Positions 33,751 through 47,805 of a stretch of 64,000 bases of DNA are shown one piece after another. Position 1 is the first letter of the stretch; each line of letters starts with the position of its first letter. The notes below the pieces were generated by a model. It was not told where the DNA came from and did not search any database. It worked only from the letters and a program-made list of their open reading frames with translations. A program made the translations under genes and the position numbers. This stretch comes from Oopsacas minuta (Eukaryota; Animalia; Porifera), in contig JAKMXF010000323.1 in the NCBI GenBank assembly GCA_024704765.1, positions 292,403-356,402 on the forward strand, in the 5' to 3' direction.

Positions 33751-34705
33751 TAACACCAGGCCCAGATTTCATTGCAAGAAGCCCCAAACATAGCAAATCA
33801 ACAAGAAACCAGTTAGACTTCAAAGAGGTTTTGGTCAAACGTATTTCACAAACATAATTATGTATATTTAATTATACTTGTATAGTAATTGAGTCTTCTT
33901 ACTTAGTTTAAATAAGTGCAAAATTATAGGTAGATCATCTGGAAGATTTCATGAAGTACATACTTTCCTTCCATATCTCTAGTTGTGTATACGTTTTACA
34001 TAGTAGAGATCCTGCAACGAAGTGAGGGCAGGTGTATCCCCACGCATAGATTTCCTGAACAGTGCGGTATGGTATAAAACTAGTAGCTTTCTAAATAAAT
34101 TGAATAGTTCCAATTACAAACAATAAAACACATCATATCTTAATTATTAGAATACTATGCATACAGTTAATATACGGTAACTTGAACCGCGAAAATCTGA
34201 CGAAAATCGAATTTTCGAGTTAACTGGCAGTCGAGTTACCGGATGATAACTTATAACTTATTGCATAAATAAAGATAAACCAATTGTATAAATTATAGCA
34301 ATACTATGCAAAAAAACACCTAATATCAATAATCAGTGTCAACTTAAGAAATAGTCTATCCGTGAGATCGTTAAGATTATTATTAGTCTAGCTATATATT
34401 CTAAAATTAAAATCTCTATTAGTAATACGATTTTAGCTAACATAATAACCAAACATTGTTATTTTCGTCTTAGCTTCACGGTTGTAACAATAAATTTTAA
34501 AGTGAGAGTGCAAAACTTAAAGTGAGACCGGTTGAAATCCGGGAGACTCACTTTAGATCCGTGAGATCTGACAACTAGGCAAATAGTACAGGGATTTACC
34601 TAGTTTTATGTATTATTTGGTATTTCTTATTTCATAACAAGACGTAAGACTGTATAATAGATAAAGAACCTCTGCTGGATTCGGTATGCCGGTTAACCAC
34701 CGCTA

Positions 34706-36011
34706 CAGGGTGGCCAATAAGTTCTGTCTCCTCTCTGAATAGTGATAACTATTTATGTAGCCATTTTTATTGATTATTACTTGGCATATATCTAATAGAT
34801 ATGTCTAGCAATACATAACAAATCCTACTCTATGTAGCAACCTTTGTTCTTGACTACACTTCTTAGTCGCGTCGGAAAGGACCCCACTGCGGCTCGCAGG
34901 ACCTCCTGAGGAATCTTTTCCCACTCTTTGACCAATGATCTCTTCAGAGAGTCCAAATTGTTGTGAGACTTTGCACAACCCTTTGCTTCCAATATGGCCC
35001 AGATCGAGAAGTCCATTGGATTCAAATCTGGACTTGAGGGAGGCCATTCTTCCTTTGAAAGAAATCCTGAAATGTTCTCATGTAACCATTTTTGAGTGAT
35101 ATTGGCGGTGTCAGCCGGAGCACCGTCTTGTTGGAAGACAAATGGTTGATTTCTAAATATATTTCTGCTCGAGTGTTAATTACTGGTTCAAGGATCAACT
35201 GCCGATAGGTTGCAGCATTTATCTTGACCCCTTCAGGGACAAATATCAGCGGAGTCCGTCCATTCGCCGAAATACCGGCCCATACCATAATAGATCGGAG
35301 TTTTGGTATCCTAGCTACATACAAAACATCCTCAGGGATGCTTAAAGAGTTTGGAGCTAATATTCTGTCATTCTGTTTGTTAGTAGCCTGCTCTATATTG
35401 AACAATCTTTCATCAGAGAACAGAAACCGGTCAAGATATTCAATTTCGAGCCGAGTAAGAAGACCCTTGCTTCTCGAGAGCCTTTTCAGCTTAATAGTCT
35501 CCGAAAGGAAATGAACAGTCTTCCTTTTATATGACCTGAAATCCAATTCATTCTTTACTAAATTTTGCATCGATCCTTTAGATATGTGGACCTCAGCTGC
35601 CATTTTCCTCATGGATCGTAGAGGATTCCTCCTTATTCGGTCCCTAACTAAATTCTTCATCCTGGGAGTAGTGATAGACTTAGGACGACCACTTCGAGGC
35701 ATATCCTGAATGCTGCCCGTCTTCTGATAACATAGGATAGTTCTATATACGAACTTTCTCCTTGATTTTTTAATATTCAGCAATTTTAAAATTTTGCCTT
35801 GTGATTTACCTTTAGAAAATAATTCAACAATGGCAGCCCTTTCAAATCCATAGAATATTGTACAAGATAAATTGAATAAACAGCATATAGCTATAAAATA
35901 TAAATTATAATATTTCTGAGAATGATTTAATTGTATTAAACTTGTGGTAGCCTAATTAGTATTTATGTGATATTCTATCAAAGAATGGGACAGAACTTAA
36001 TGGCCACCCTG
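34706..36011 (-). mobile_element. Tc1/mariner DD37D (maT) element, full length, frameshifted transposase
   Basis: TA flanks, TIR cagggtggcca.taagttctgtc; motifs RSGRP, FLFSDE, MVWAGIS, QQDGAPA, WPPSSPDLNPMD with 37 residues between the 2nd and 3rd Asp (counted). Confidence 0.92.
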
Positions 36012-36771
36012 TATATCCATTTCAGTGTAAGAGAAAATATATTCGGTTAACCGAATATTAAATTTCTACCAATATATTCAGAGATCCCAAGGTTATAAGA
36101 GGAACGAATTTCCATTTATTTACACGAATTCTGCTAGTTAGGTATTTATGAGATGTTTCACTTTGGGTCCATAATCTCAAATTTCAACAGTTTTGTAAAT
36201 CCAATCGATTCACGATTGCATAAATATTAGCTAGGTATTTATATTTCAATTTTGGTCACAAATTATTATCAATTGTAATGAAGAATAATTGCAGCAGTTA
36301 ACCGCTATCATTGTATAGGTATCAACCATCCATTATTCGGTTAACCAACTGCAGTCCTAAAACACCTATTTAGTGTCAACTGCCTAGTAAGGTGCTTTAA
36401 GTAGTAAAGGGGTGTTTTTACCTATTGCATACTAGAATTTGCCCCCCATATTGCTAGTTTTGAAACCACTCTTATTAAGATCTTGAGCTACCACAATATG
36501 GGTTCGTAAGGGTTTTAGTTCATTTTGTGCGTTTTCATCCAAATTAAAGGGAAATGTAATACTTTGAGTTAGAGCCTAGAAAGTTGAATTTGAGTACATT
36601 GTGTAAAAATATATCTTGATAACCAATTTAATAATGTTTTGAAGCTATTAGTGAAATTTAAGGGTTGGGCACTAATCACAAACTTGTCACCGTGAGTGAA
36701 GAATAAATGAGATGGAAGGTGCTATTTTATATGGATATGGTTGGACGTAGCATATTTGTATTAGACTAGAA

Positions 36772-37027
36772 CAGAGGCGGCGACAAGGGGGGCCATGGAG
36801 GGCACAAATTTAAGTTTCTATTTTAGGTTTTATTGCATATCGTGTAACACATTTAAAGAAATATGAAAATGGTATAAAATTGGATGGTTTTGTGTCATAC
36901 AGACTCAGAAGCATCCTACAAAGTTGCTTTTATTTACTTTTAAATTTCTTACAACTTAATAATTTACTTCTTAACTCGGTTTGGATTTCGGTGTTCCCCC
37001 TGAGGCGGCGCTATAGCGCTGCCTCTG
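36772..37027. mobile_element. hAT-type MITE, same family as 44057-44252 (opposite orientation)
   Basis: TIR cagaggcggcg / cgctgcctctg, TSD gactagaa / gactggac; internal ggatggttttgtgtcatac.gactca shared. Confidence 0.75.
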
Positions 37028-37394
37028 GACTGGACTACAAAGAATCGGGACAATTAAGGTTTTTGGCAAGTTTTAGCGAGACATTAACCTCACTGGTCCT
37101 CAATACATGTCCTAAATCCGGGACGTCAGGCCAAAACTGGACAGTTGGCAAGTATTTAATCAGATTTCAAATGTATCATATAATGAAACGATTTTCATTA
37201 AGGTTTAACAGTACACCATTAACTATCAAAACCTATTATTATGCGACATAATACCATAGTTTAACTACTCTTTTCATTCAAAATTTACAAAAAGAATTTA
37301 TGCCGAATCAAGAATGTAAATAGCAATAAACATTGAGTGTCTCACAAAATAGGGGCAAATGATGTTAATTACCCCATACCTATTTCAAATAATA

Positions 37395-37640
37395 TTTTAT
37401 CCCCGGGATAAATTTTTATATTCATAAAATATCCTATAGATAAACAATTGTATAATAGTTTATCCTCGGGACAAAATATAATGTAAAGATTATCGCCCGG
37501 AATAAACTATAATATACGTTTTAGATTATCTTACAGGATAGACTATTATATGGTAGATTATACTCCGGATAACGATAATCTTTTATATACTATAGTATAA
37601 AAATCCAAGAAGGGATAGAATAATATCTGTTAGAAGGGGG
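37395..37640. repeat. Diverged ~30-bp tandem subrepeats (attatccccgggataaa-like), TE subterminal type
   Basis: Several imperfect units: ttatccccgggataaa, ttatcctcgggacaaa, ttatcgcccggaataaa, ttatactccggataa. Confidence 0.5.
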
Positions 37641-38051
37641 CAAATTCAGAGACTATTTCACGAATAAATGGTAAATTGGTGCATTTGTCCATAGTGTGCC
37701 CATCCATTAAACTCAGTGCAAAGCTATACAAGTGACCTGAATAAAATAGCTAAAGGTAAGCAAATTACACCCTCGCTAAACCGAACGGCATTGCTGCAAA
37801 ATATTTGTTCGGACCAGTGAAATAAATTGAAACAATACTATCGAAGCAATAGGATCTAGGGGTACATTATTTCGAAAAATGTAAACAATAAACCTTGCAT
37901 CACGTGAAAATATTATTTGAAATTTATCCATGTAGAATTGGCTACATTTAGGCCACTTTAGGAAGAGTTTTATTGGCTTTTACAAAGGTTGTTTAACCAT
38001 TAGGCTATGTTCGGATAAGTGAGGATTCGGTTTAGTGAGGGTCTACTGTAC

Positions 38052-38264
38052 CTGAAATATTTCATCTTCAAGTTTCTTTTTCTCCTTCTCTAACTCATTA
38101 ATTAACCGAGTATGATATTTCTTCATATCATCATTTTCCTTTTGCTTCCTTAACTCTCCTAGCTGTATCATGTGCCTCTGAGCTATGTTTTCATCTTCAA
38201 GCAGTTGTATTCGAGCTTCAAGTTCAGTTAATCTTCCCTTAGCTTCTTTATACACTTCTTTATC
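38052..38264 (-). CDS. KIF14: KIF14-like coiled-coil exon (71 aa, DKEVYKEAK...LEDEIFQ)
   Basis: Acceptor tttaattag, donor CAG/gtacag, phase 0 both sides; HTRLINELEKEKKKL resembles KIF14 HARILEALETEKQKI. Confidence 0.85.
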
Positions 38265-38559
38265 CTAATTAAACATACAATAAGATTCAAAATAAAATTT
38301 ATGGAACAGCAAAAGTATAGAGTTGAATAGGTGATAATTTGAAAGGACTCTCAATGGCTTAATGAATACATGGCCTTGAATGGGACTGCGATGGCACAAA
38401 AAATGGAAGGCTGACTGGAAATGTGTTTAACATATGTATTATTTTAGTAGCGGACTTCGGATGCTAGGTCGCTGCTAGACGGGTTGACGTGTCCTTGAGG
38501 TTTATGCCTTGTGTTAGCATAAGTATTAAACAGATAAAATTGTCAGTGCTTTAGGGTCG

Positions 38560-39305
38560 CTACACGACGAGATAACTCGGCGCTAAGTGTTTCAAAGTAA
38601 ATCTTTGTGGAAAATACAATTTGATATTATCCATGGTCCATCCAAATTCAATTTAATGACCTTCTGTGAAAATAATAGAGCTGTCACGTGGTTTTTGATT
38701 AGTAATCTGTGCACTTTGTGCCTTGAGCATTAAGAAATTCTCAAAACAAAACAAAATTCGGAAAAATTTACGCCTTTTGTACAGTCATGATAACGTTATA
38801 ATTCCATGAAGAATTTGCTTTTGGTCGAAATGAAGTCAGGAAATTTGCCACATTGAGGGTTACCTCGAGGTCGACTGAAAATAAACATCTACACTATTAA
38901 AACGTAATTAATATGTACTATCGCGGTTTGCTTGCTAGGTGGCTGGCCGCGACAATTTAATACATCAGGTAAGATTAAGTAGTGCATAGAAAAATTTCCT
39001 AGTACTTTTGGTGGCTACGCGACGGGATAAACTCAACACTTCGTGACTTGGAGGAATGTTTTTTGGAAATGATAATTATATATTATCCATCATTCATCCA
39101 AATTAGGTTCAATGGCCTTCTGTGCTGACACTGGAGATGTTATGTCGCTTTTAGTTAGTAATCTCGGTACGTTGTGCCTTGGGTATTAAGAAATTCTGAA
39201 ATTTTCAAAATTTGATGTCTTTGTACAGTCATGATGACGTAATAATCCCGTGATGAGTATACTTTCGGCCAGAGCCATGACGTCAGGACATTTGTCACTT
39301 TAAGG
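38560..39305 (+). repeat. Diverged direct tandem duplication, period ~450 bp
   Basis: Repeated atattatccat...catccaaatt, ttagtaatct...ttgtgccttg..cattaagaaattct, ttgtacagtcatgat.acgt, gtcagga.atttg.cac. Confidence 0.75.
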
Positions 39306-41419
39306 TAGCTGTGATTCAAATTTCAAACTCTATCATGTGTATTGGCTGAGCAGTGATTAAGAATGAGATTTTGGAAAATCGAAAGAGGTGACAATGACGT
39401 CATAATTTTGTCATAGGTCTGGAGATAATGTAATTATTTCAATGCCTTTAGTATTTGATTTTATCCATCGACTGCAACATATCTATGTTTGTGGTTCGGA
39501 ATTGATTGAAGAAACTGGATGACCCCCCCAGGGACCCCAGGTTAAATTCAAGAAACTCATCCAGTTTGAATAGAAACCAATTTTGGTATCGATATTCGTA
39601 ATCATTAAAAGATTTCACGCCTTTTGAGTGATTATTCAAATATGCCGACGCCGAACAAATTGCTCGAAAACTTGACACCTGCATCTTTGCCTCTATGTTA
39701 TTACTTTCTCCTCACAATTGCTTGTTTCTCCCGAATACATTAAATACAAAACAAATTGCTCTTTTGCAACCAGATACTTTAGAATCGGGCTTTTGCTACT
39801 TTGATCACGTAAAATATGTGCAGTTTCTTTCGGGGTATTTTGCTTCTGTGATTCTTGCCATCATCTATTTGTCAAATGACTAAAATTCCCGATTACGGTT
39901 GCAATTTTATTAGTCAAAATGAGTATAGATAGAAAATTGTTTATTTATTGTACTTGAATGATTATCTATTGTTATCTCTGTACTACATAGACTAATTCGA
40001 TGAACGTAGAGACTAAGAATTTCACTCTCTCCCCAAATAATGGTTTAGTAGTTGAAACAGGATATTATGGTTCTTTTTCCATGCATTATGGTGGCCAAAA
40101 AGGGCCATATAACGATTTCGACAGTAGCCTAATGAGATACCGTTAATCTCCGGCACTAAGCTATTTAATTAACCCATAATTAACCAGGCCTCAAATTAAT
40201 TTATTTCACTTGAAAATAATGTTATCGTATGTTCCTAGCCTCACAAGTGGGTTCATCAGAATATTTACCGAATAGTTAATAGTTGGTTGCAAACGAATAT
40301 CAGAATTCATGAATAGCTACCTTACTCAACGAGTGTGAAGTTTAGGAGCGAGCATTGAGCATAACTTCAACTGAATAAATCAGACAATTTCCAATCAATT
40401 CCCCTGGAATTTGTTGAGTGCCTTAATGTTGGTTGGAGTTTACCCTATATTCAAAATTATTTTCTATCATAGTTTATTGATAAGGACCCTTTCGTATATA
40501 ACACAATTTCGTAACTAATATTGTTTTGTTTAGTAGTTATTATTATATAATTATAATTATAATTGTGTTGATATATTTGTCAAATACTTTTATATATAAT
40601 TAATATGTGTTATCAATGCAGTTTTCAGTTGTTTATATCTGGATGAAAAATGGATCCTTGAGGTTTGTCAAGGAATCTAAGGGCTGAGTATAAATACTAA
40701 TTTACCTACGAAGTGTCTATTGACACCGACCGGCCAGGGCCACAAATTGATCATTTGACGCTGATCATTGGAAACATGGCATACAACAAAGCATAGTAGC
40801 AAACTTGACAATTTATGACAGCCTAATTAGCTAAGTTGTACAATACTCGTATATCGTATAATAGGTATTAAGCGTATAGTACATTATAGGTGATCGATTT
40901 GAACGTATTATAACTATGTTAACCACGAAATATGAGATTTTTACATTGTTAAACTTGTTCAAGTCACATTATTATCATGTATTATATAATTTGGCCAACT
41001 ATGCTGAGATTTCTTATTAACAATTCGAGAACTACTGTGTTGATTCAAAATATTTATTACAGAAATCAGCCTAACAGAAGTTACGTCACCAAAATTGCAG
41101 ATTGAACGGATAATACGTATTATAAAATATGTATTATACGTAATACGCCTTCATTGAAAGATTTATTAACAACTTAGATTTTTAGTAAACCATAAATGAA
41201 AACATGAAGCTTGAAATTCAATATTTTACACAAATCTTAGCAATGTATCAATATATCAATAACATCAGTTCTTTTGTATTCTTTTCAATGTCCTTGATCC
41301 CAGGGGCGTCCGTTAATTATTTCGCTTATGAAAGTGCCACTTCTGTTTAAAAAAATTGTGTAAGCATCACATTGGGAGTGAAATTTTTATCCATCATCCA
41401 TCATCTCGTCTTTGGACAT

Positions 41420-42240
41420 GAAAGTCGAAAGGAATTTGATATGTACTTATTTATATCCCAGGATAAATAGCATCCAAAAGGATATGTTCAATACAAGTAT
41501 GGAAAATAGCTACGATGAAAGACATATAAAACATGAAAAATATGTTGCGACAAATGAAAAAGCAGGGAAGGAAAGCGGAGCTAACACTGGGTAAACTATC
41601 GGAAACTCTTCGAAATGTTCCAAATGCGAAGGGAGGGTTGGTGATTAATGAAGAAAATGATTTAGAGATGACACACAACACACATCGAAAATATAATTAA
41701 ATCATTAATAGAATGAAAATACTCTTGATGGTCTCAAGTATCAGTAATTGTTATTGATAAAGATTTCATTCAATGGAAAATTGAGAAATGAATTCCCAAA
41801 TGCATCAGTACTGTTCTGTCAATTTCATGTTGTGAAATTTCTCCAAGAAAGTGTCGGCTTTAGAATTACCAAAAGAAAAGCATGAATTAGTCTGTGACCT
41901 CCTACGTCAAATTGTTAATGTAATACTGTAGAGGAGTATAGTAATTTAAAAGTAGAATTACCAAAAATGGTGAAATAATAAATTAAAAGGGTACTTCTTG
42001 AAAATTTGGTACACCTGAAATCGGTTGATGAAGCACTTCAAAGATATCTCTGATGCTGTTGCTGTTGGGTTTCAAGACAACTTGCATGCTAATTCTAAGG
42101 ATTATAATAAGCAGTAGCATACTCAAGTCAGTTTGTTTTCGAACAAAAGTTTGCTATCGCATACTCTTTCGAAAAATCAGAAGTATCAACAGATACTTAA
42201 AATGGGGCAAAGCTAGCTGTTTCAGCATCTGTATATGATA
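41420..42240 (+). pseudogene. Mutator/MULE transposase relic
   Basis: VIVIDKDF..W and EFPNASVLFCQFHVVK motifs typical of MULE DDE domains; many stops and frameshifts. Confidence 0.6.
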
Positions 42241-42349
42241 TGCCAGGATTTAGATAGAAATATCTATGGAGAAAGTGCTAAACTTATGGAATGGTAGCAC
42301 ACCTTTGAAATTGTGCCTACAGAAGAAATATTCTAAGGCGATACTGGAA

Positions 42350-42900
42350 TATTAGCAGGGGCGTCGGAAAAGCAGCAATTCCTGAGACTATGGCTGCTGC
42401 AATAATTTCCGAATAATAATTATCTTTCACTTGTTTGTTTTCACCTGTAAAAGATTCTTGTGTAGATCAAATACGTATATATTTTCACTATTTACCTTGA
42501 AGTGTATCATTGTTTATTCAATCTAAACATAAATAATACTTACGTTGGAGATTATATTTGTATGCAAAATAGTGTTCCTACTCGCTGGAACTCAAAGCTA
42601 TTCGTGATCAAATCCATCTTACAAATAGATAAAGAGAAATTCGACTCCATTGACACGATAAAGTTAGCCTCATCTGAATTAAACTCTTTGAAAGATTTTG
42701 TCGAAATTCTATCACCGTTTAATGAGTGTAAATAGGAGTAAAATGGCTTGCTGATTCACTTGAATGTCGCTTTTTAGTGCATATGAGTTAGCATTATACA
42801 CAATAGCATGTACCTTAGATACTTTGAAAATTGAAGTGGTGTAAGAATTAAAGTGAGCTATGATATCAAAAAGATACAATCTTGTCTAAGATGCCTTGAA
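42350..42900 (+). pseudogene. hAT (Ac/ZBED-like) transposase fragment
   Basis: SVPTRWNS...ELNSLKDFVEILSPF motif. Confidence 0.6.
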
Positions 42901-44056
42901 TTGAAGCAGCAGGTATTGTTGCTTCAAAGACTTGATAACTATGAATTTTGCCATAGGGGATATCTCAGTATGATCCAATATTTGGACTTCCTCTATTTAT
43001 TCCCTGGAGTAATAAACGATGAAGTCACATTGAACACTCAATTTTGGTGACGCAATCTATGCTATAATGAGTATACAGATAATATTCTAGTATTTATGTG
43101 ATAACACGCTTAGCTCTTCACTGCCCCTGTTGTTGCTCAAAGGAATTACCACAATACCAAGACAATTTAGAGATCTAACTTTAAACAGGTCATTTCTCGG
43201 AAGTAATTTCCACATTTATAGTTAGAATTTTGTCTTAGTTGATGCCTAATTTATTGATAATGGTGAAAACATATATCTAGAAACGTAATTATAGTGACCT
43301 CTATAATACCTACGCCAAGGAACTGTTGATATTTGTACTCACTAGTTCTTATCCAAAGTGAAATGTAATCGAACTAATAAGCAAGATCAATGTGTTCGTA
43401 TTATCTGGTTGTGTGTATCAACGCAGTTCTATCTTAAATAATTTCGTTAATGATAGAGGATCTGCATAAATGAATGAATGTTAGCCAATTTATAATTCAA
43501 ATATTTATGTTAATGAATTTACCCTAGTTACCTACAAAAAACATTGTTAAAAAGTCAATCTTTGAAAATAGAAGAAATTCGATCAAAAAGTGTATGCAAG
43601 CACAAAATAAGACATATTGTGAAGCATTTGTATAAATTTATTTAATACAGTCCTTCTATCGTGATTTACGCTTTCCAACACGTTTTGTGCTAAGTTAATA
43701 CAAATCATAATTCATTTCATAAGATTTGTGGGATTATCGATAAATTGGTCTATATTAGTAAATAACTACCATAATTGAAGGTGAATTTGATTGCGACATT
43801 GTGGTTAAAATAACCAGAAAAGAAGGTTCAAAAGTATTCAAGTTGCCTCCACCGTATGTGGAAACCTATTTATAGTAGAATTTGTAATGATAACTGTAAT
43901 CCTTCATATCAAAGAAAATTTAATCAATGGCCTAGAAATGGTTTTGGCAATTCTTTGTTCAGCTAGCCGTGTATAAAGTAGACCATGCCCCACAATTAAA
44001 TGATATACTTAACCCTATAGTTATCTACTATAAAGTATAAACAAGATATTAAGCAC

Positions 44057-44252
44057 CCGAGGCGACGCTCTAGCGCCGCCTCAGGGGGAGGTACAACCTG
44101 TCCCTTAGCAACTTTATAGGATGTTTTTGAGTCAGTATGACACAAAACCATCCAAAATTTTACCATTTACATGTTTCTTTTAATGTGTTATAGTAATGCA
44201 ATAAACCTAAAATGGAAAATTTGCATTAGTGCCCCCTTTGTCGCCGACTCTG
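44057..44252. mobile_element. hAT-type MITE
   Basis: TIR ccgaggcgacg / cgccgactctg, perfect 8-bp TSD ttaagcac. Confidence 0.85.
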
Positions 44253-44841
44253 TTAAGCACTAATAATTGTATAAATTATGATAAACTTATACGTTGCTAT
44301 ATATTTGAATAGGTACTCTTGTTAACAAATAATTCTGCTTTATATCTGGGCATATATAGGAACAATTAGAAGAATTACAATTCGAACTAGTTTCAAAGAC
44401 CTAAAGAACATCATATCTTAACACCACCAGACATGTTTAACTTTTGCAACACAACTCCAAGTATCTCATCAATTAAATTCTTGTATATACGTAACGAAAT
44501 ATGAATTGGCCGAATTGAGTACAACTTTTGCAACTGGGTAAGATACAAATACAATAATAAACAAATTTGCGATATATTAATTTGCAAATATATAAAGATT
44601 TCTCAAACATTGTTTTAAACACACCACTATTAGAAGGCCCCAGTTGATTCTGCTATAGTTCTGCTGTATATATGTAATGTATAAATTGTAATTCAGGTTC
44701 TTAGATAACAAGACATTGACCGGAACGCGAGAAGGTTACCAACAATTTATACTAATAAGTGATACACTAATTAGAGCCAAGCGTATGAGCGAACAACTTA
44801 ATTACATTAATTCATAAGTTCGCTGGTGGAAAAGCTAACTA

Positions 44842-45265
44842 CAGTCAAACTTGACTATAACTGCCACTGAAGGGACTGACCAAAAGTGGCCGTTATATGC
44901 AGGTGGGCGCTATAGAGAGGTTGACCGTTATACCTTAGTGTGGTTGTAACTTCATACTAATAGTGGTGATATAAAGAAGTTGGCCTCTAAGACAAGTGAC
45001 CGATATTTATGATAATATAGTGGAAGTAAGTCATGATGGCCACCCAAGGGACTTGTCAAAATAGACCTTATGGAGGTGACAAAAATATTAAGTGGTCGTT
45101 AGATAAAGGAACTGGCCGTTATAGACAGGTTTAGCGCCAGTATGGGACCGAATGGTGGCCGCTATATAGAGGCCAATATAATGGGAAATCTGAGGGGACT
45201 GTCTATAGGTGGCAGTATGTGCAGGTGACCGTTATACAGAGGTGGACGTTAAGCCGGTTTAACTG
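44842..45265. mobile_element. Tigger/pogo-type MITE (424 bp)
   Basis: TA flanks, termini cagtcaaac / gtttaactg, repeated ggtgrccgttata subterminal motifs. Confidence 0.85.
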
Positions 45266-47020
45266 TATACTGAAACTGCAAAGTCCGAATCTACATGCTT
45301 CATTGGAGATTATACAGCATGGATATATGATCATGATTATGATTGGTACCTCGGTAGAGTCGAATCAGTTTGTGAGGAAGAAGGTGATATGAACATTTGG
45401 TTTATGCACCTAGAAGGATCGGGTTGGAGATACTACGACAAAAATATATTCTGGACTACTAGAGATGACTTCTGTTATATCCCTCAAAATCATATGCTTT
45501 GCAAAATATTAGACCCACACCAATCACAGGAAGGAAATACAAAGTTTCCCTGAATTATTTCAATTAATCGTTAGAGCTTGACCATCACATATGACGATTA
45601 GAAATGCACGTTTACAGCATTTAAGAGCAATTATCAATATATCATTGTATTAAACATTATAAGCTTAAATTCAATTACTATGTGGTTTGTATAAAGACTG
45701 TGTTTTGTATGTTGGAATTTGTTGATTGAATTAATTAGACGCTAACTTCTAGGGGCGATAAACATAAATAAGACTTCTAAAGAGGCTTGTGTTTCCCAAA
45801 AATGTTAAAATCCCCCAAATTCTACTAAGAATGGGGAAGATACTTCCGAAAGTTATGTGTTTAAAGTCAAATCTCTAAAACTGTCCTGGTATTTTTGGTA
45901 ATTCCTTTGAGACACAACAGGGGCAGTGAAGGGCTATCGTCTTAGTACATAAATACTAGAATAATATCTGTACACTCATTATAGTACAGATTACGTCACC
46001 AAATTGAGTGCTCAATTTGACGTTATCATTTATTACTTAAGGGAATAAATAGAGAGGTCCAAATATTTTGATCATACTGAGATATCCCTCTAACAAAATT
46101 TATTATTAGTTATATCCATTCCTTAACAATCCTTATGGTGTTATGCAACATTTCGCAAAAGTGAGGGCGCACAAAGTTCAACTCAAAATTTCTCTTGGCA
46201 GATACTCTCAAATCAGTTTGAAAGTTATTGCATCGTGTTCTACGATGTTTGATATACTTATTTATCAACTTTCAGGTAAATTGAAAGTTAGAGAACAAAA
46301 TATTACAACTTTGATAAAAGGTGTCAATTATATAGATAATTTTGGACAAATTCGAAAATTTAAAATTGATTTTCCCGGAGAATAATTGATGAAATGAGCT
46401 GTAACTTGCAAGTTACTACAGACTAGTAAGGGAATCTCAGTCTGAAAGATTCGAACAAATCTGAGATGATTGTTAAAATCATTGGATGGTTTGATTTGGA
46501 ATTACCCATGTAGTATTCTTCTCTGGGAGAAATTATCATACATAGTAAAGTTCTCCATAATTCAAAACAGTTGAGTCCTTTGAATCATACATCCCACAAT
46601 TAAAGCCATGATTGAAGTCATCGCATTCCAATATAATTGAGACAGGGGAGAAGAATACTATGTAGTATGGTTCCCTGGCGGATAATAAAGTTCCCAAAGT
46701 TTGGTCACCAATTCGTTGATAATTCTTAGTAATTATTGTTTTGGTGTTTTTTTTTGCTATTTGCTAAAGATTATAGCCTTTGTTTGGTAATAGTTTTAAA
46801 TAATACATCAACGTTTGATCTTTTGTGGATTGTTTGATAATTCCTTCGAGGATGGTTTGTAGCAATTTAGATATATTCCCGTCTTTGAATATTTTGCAAT
46901 ATATCTGCAAGGGTATGTCCTTCTCTTGATTTGTATTCTAATTAGATGCAGATTAAAATGTATTTTTGTTCTGCGGGAATGTGACGAAAAATAGTGGAAA
47001 TTAGGATAAGGGGAAGAATA

Positions 47021-47805
47021 CAGGGTGGCTGCTAAGTTCTGATACAAGGATTTTCTCCATTATATTTTACAACTTGGAATACAATGTTAATATTGCATAT
47101 ACGACTATTTACTACTGTTATGATTCCATTACTAAAATAGTTATTCTATATATCCTCCTTTTTTGGAAATTACAGCCTTGAGTCTGGTAGGGAAACTTTC
47201 CACTGCGGCACGCAGGGATTCCTGGGGTATTTTCTCCCATTCGCGATACAAAGACATTTTCAGGGACTTTATAGTGCTGTGTGAATCCGAACAAGCCCTA
47301 TTCTCCAAGATGGACCAAAGAGAATAGTCCATTGGATTTACATCAGGACTATATGGAGGCCATTCTTTCTTTCGGATAAAATCGGGGATTTTGCCCTCTA
47401 ACCAGCCCTGTGTGGTAATCGCCGTATGAGCAGGAGTACTATCTTGTTGGAAAACAAATGGCTGTCACAGAACAAGGACGACCAGATCTTGGTTTGTCGT
47501 TCGTGTCTCCAGTTTCATTGTAACGTTTTATTGTCCTGCAGATGAATGCTCTCCGTCCTTTAGCAATATTTAACATTTTTAAAATCTCAGGAGGCCTTTT
47601 TCCCGCCTTGTATAATTCAACAATTACTCACCTCTCATGACTCATGGTCAATAGTATAAACTTTTGTGAAAAATGTAGGCTAAATCGAATTTGAATGTAT
47701 TAAGAAGGTTATATGAAGTCTTAGATAGTCAAAATACTGCAAATACATTATGATTAAGGCTAAATTGTAATTGAATTTTTGTATCAGAACTTAGCAGCCA
47801 CCCTG
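47021..47805 (-). mobile_element. Internally deleted DD37D (maT) Tc1/mariner element, second subfamily
   Basis: TA flanks, 27-bp TIR cagggtggctgctaagttctgatacaa; C-terminal QQDSTPAH...WPPYSPDVNPMDYSLW...GGYIE retained. Confidence 0.9.

Larger units (their letters stand above)
42935..46115. repeat. Pair of ~290-bp inverted repeats (42935-43225 / 45817-46115) about 2.6 kb apart
   Basis: gggatatctcagtatgatc / gatcatactgagatatccc; cttcactgcccctgttg / caacaggggcagtgaag; aaaggaattacca / tggtaattccttt. Confidence 0.8.

Noticed and set aside
37395-37640. ~30-bp repeated units resembling a CRISPR array
   Set aside because: The units are degenerate and irregular with no unique spacers of constant length; the context is eukaryotic, there are no cas genes, and the pattern fits TE subterminal repeats.
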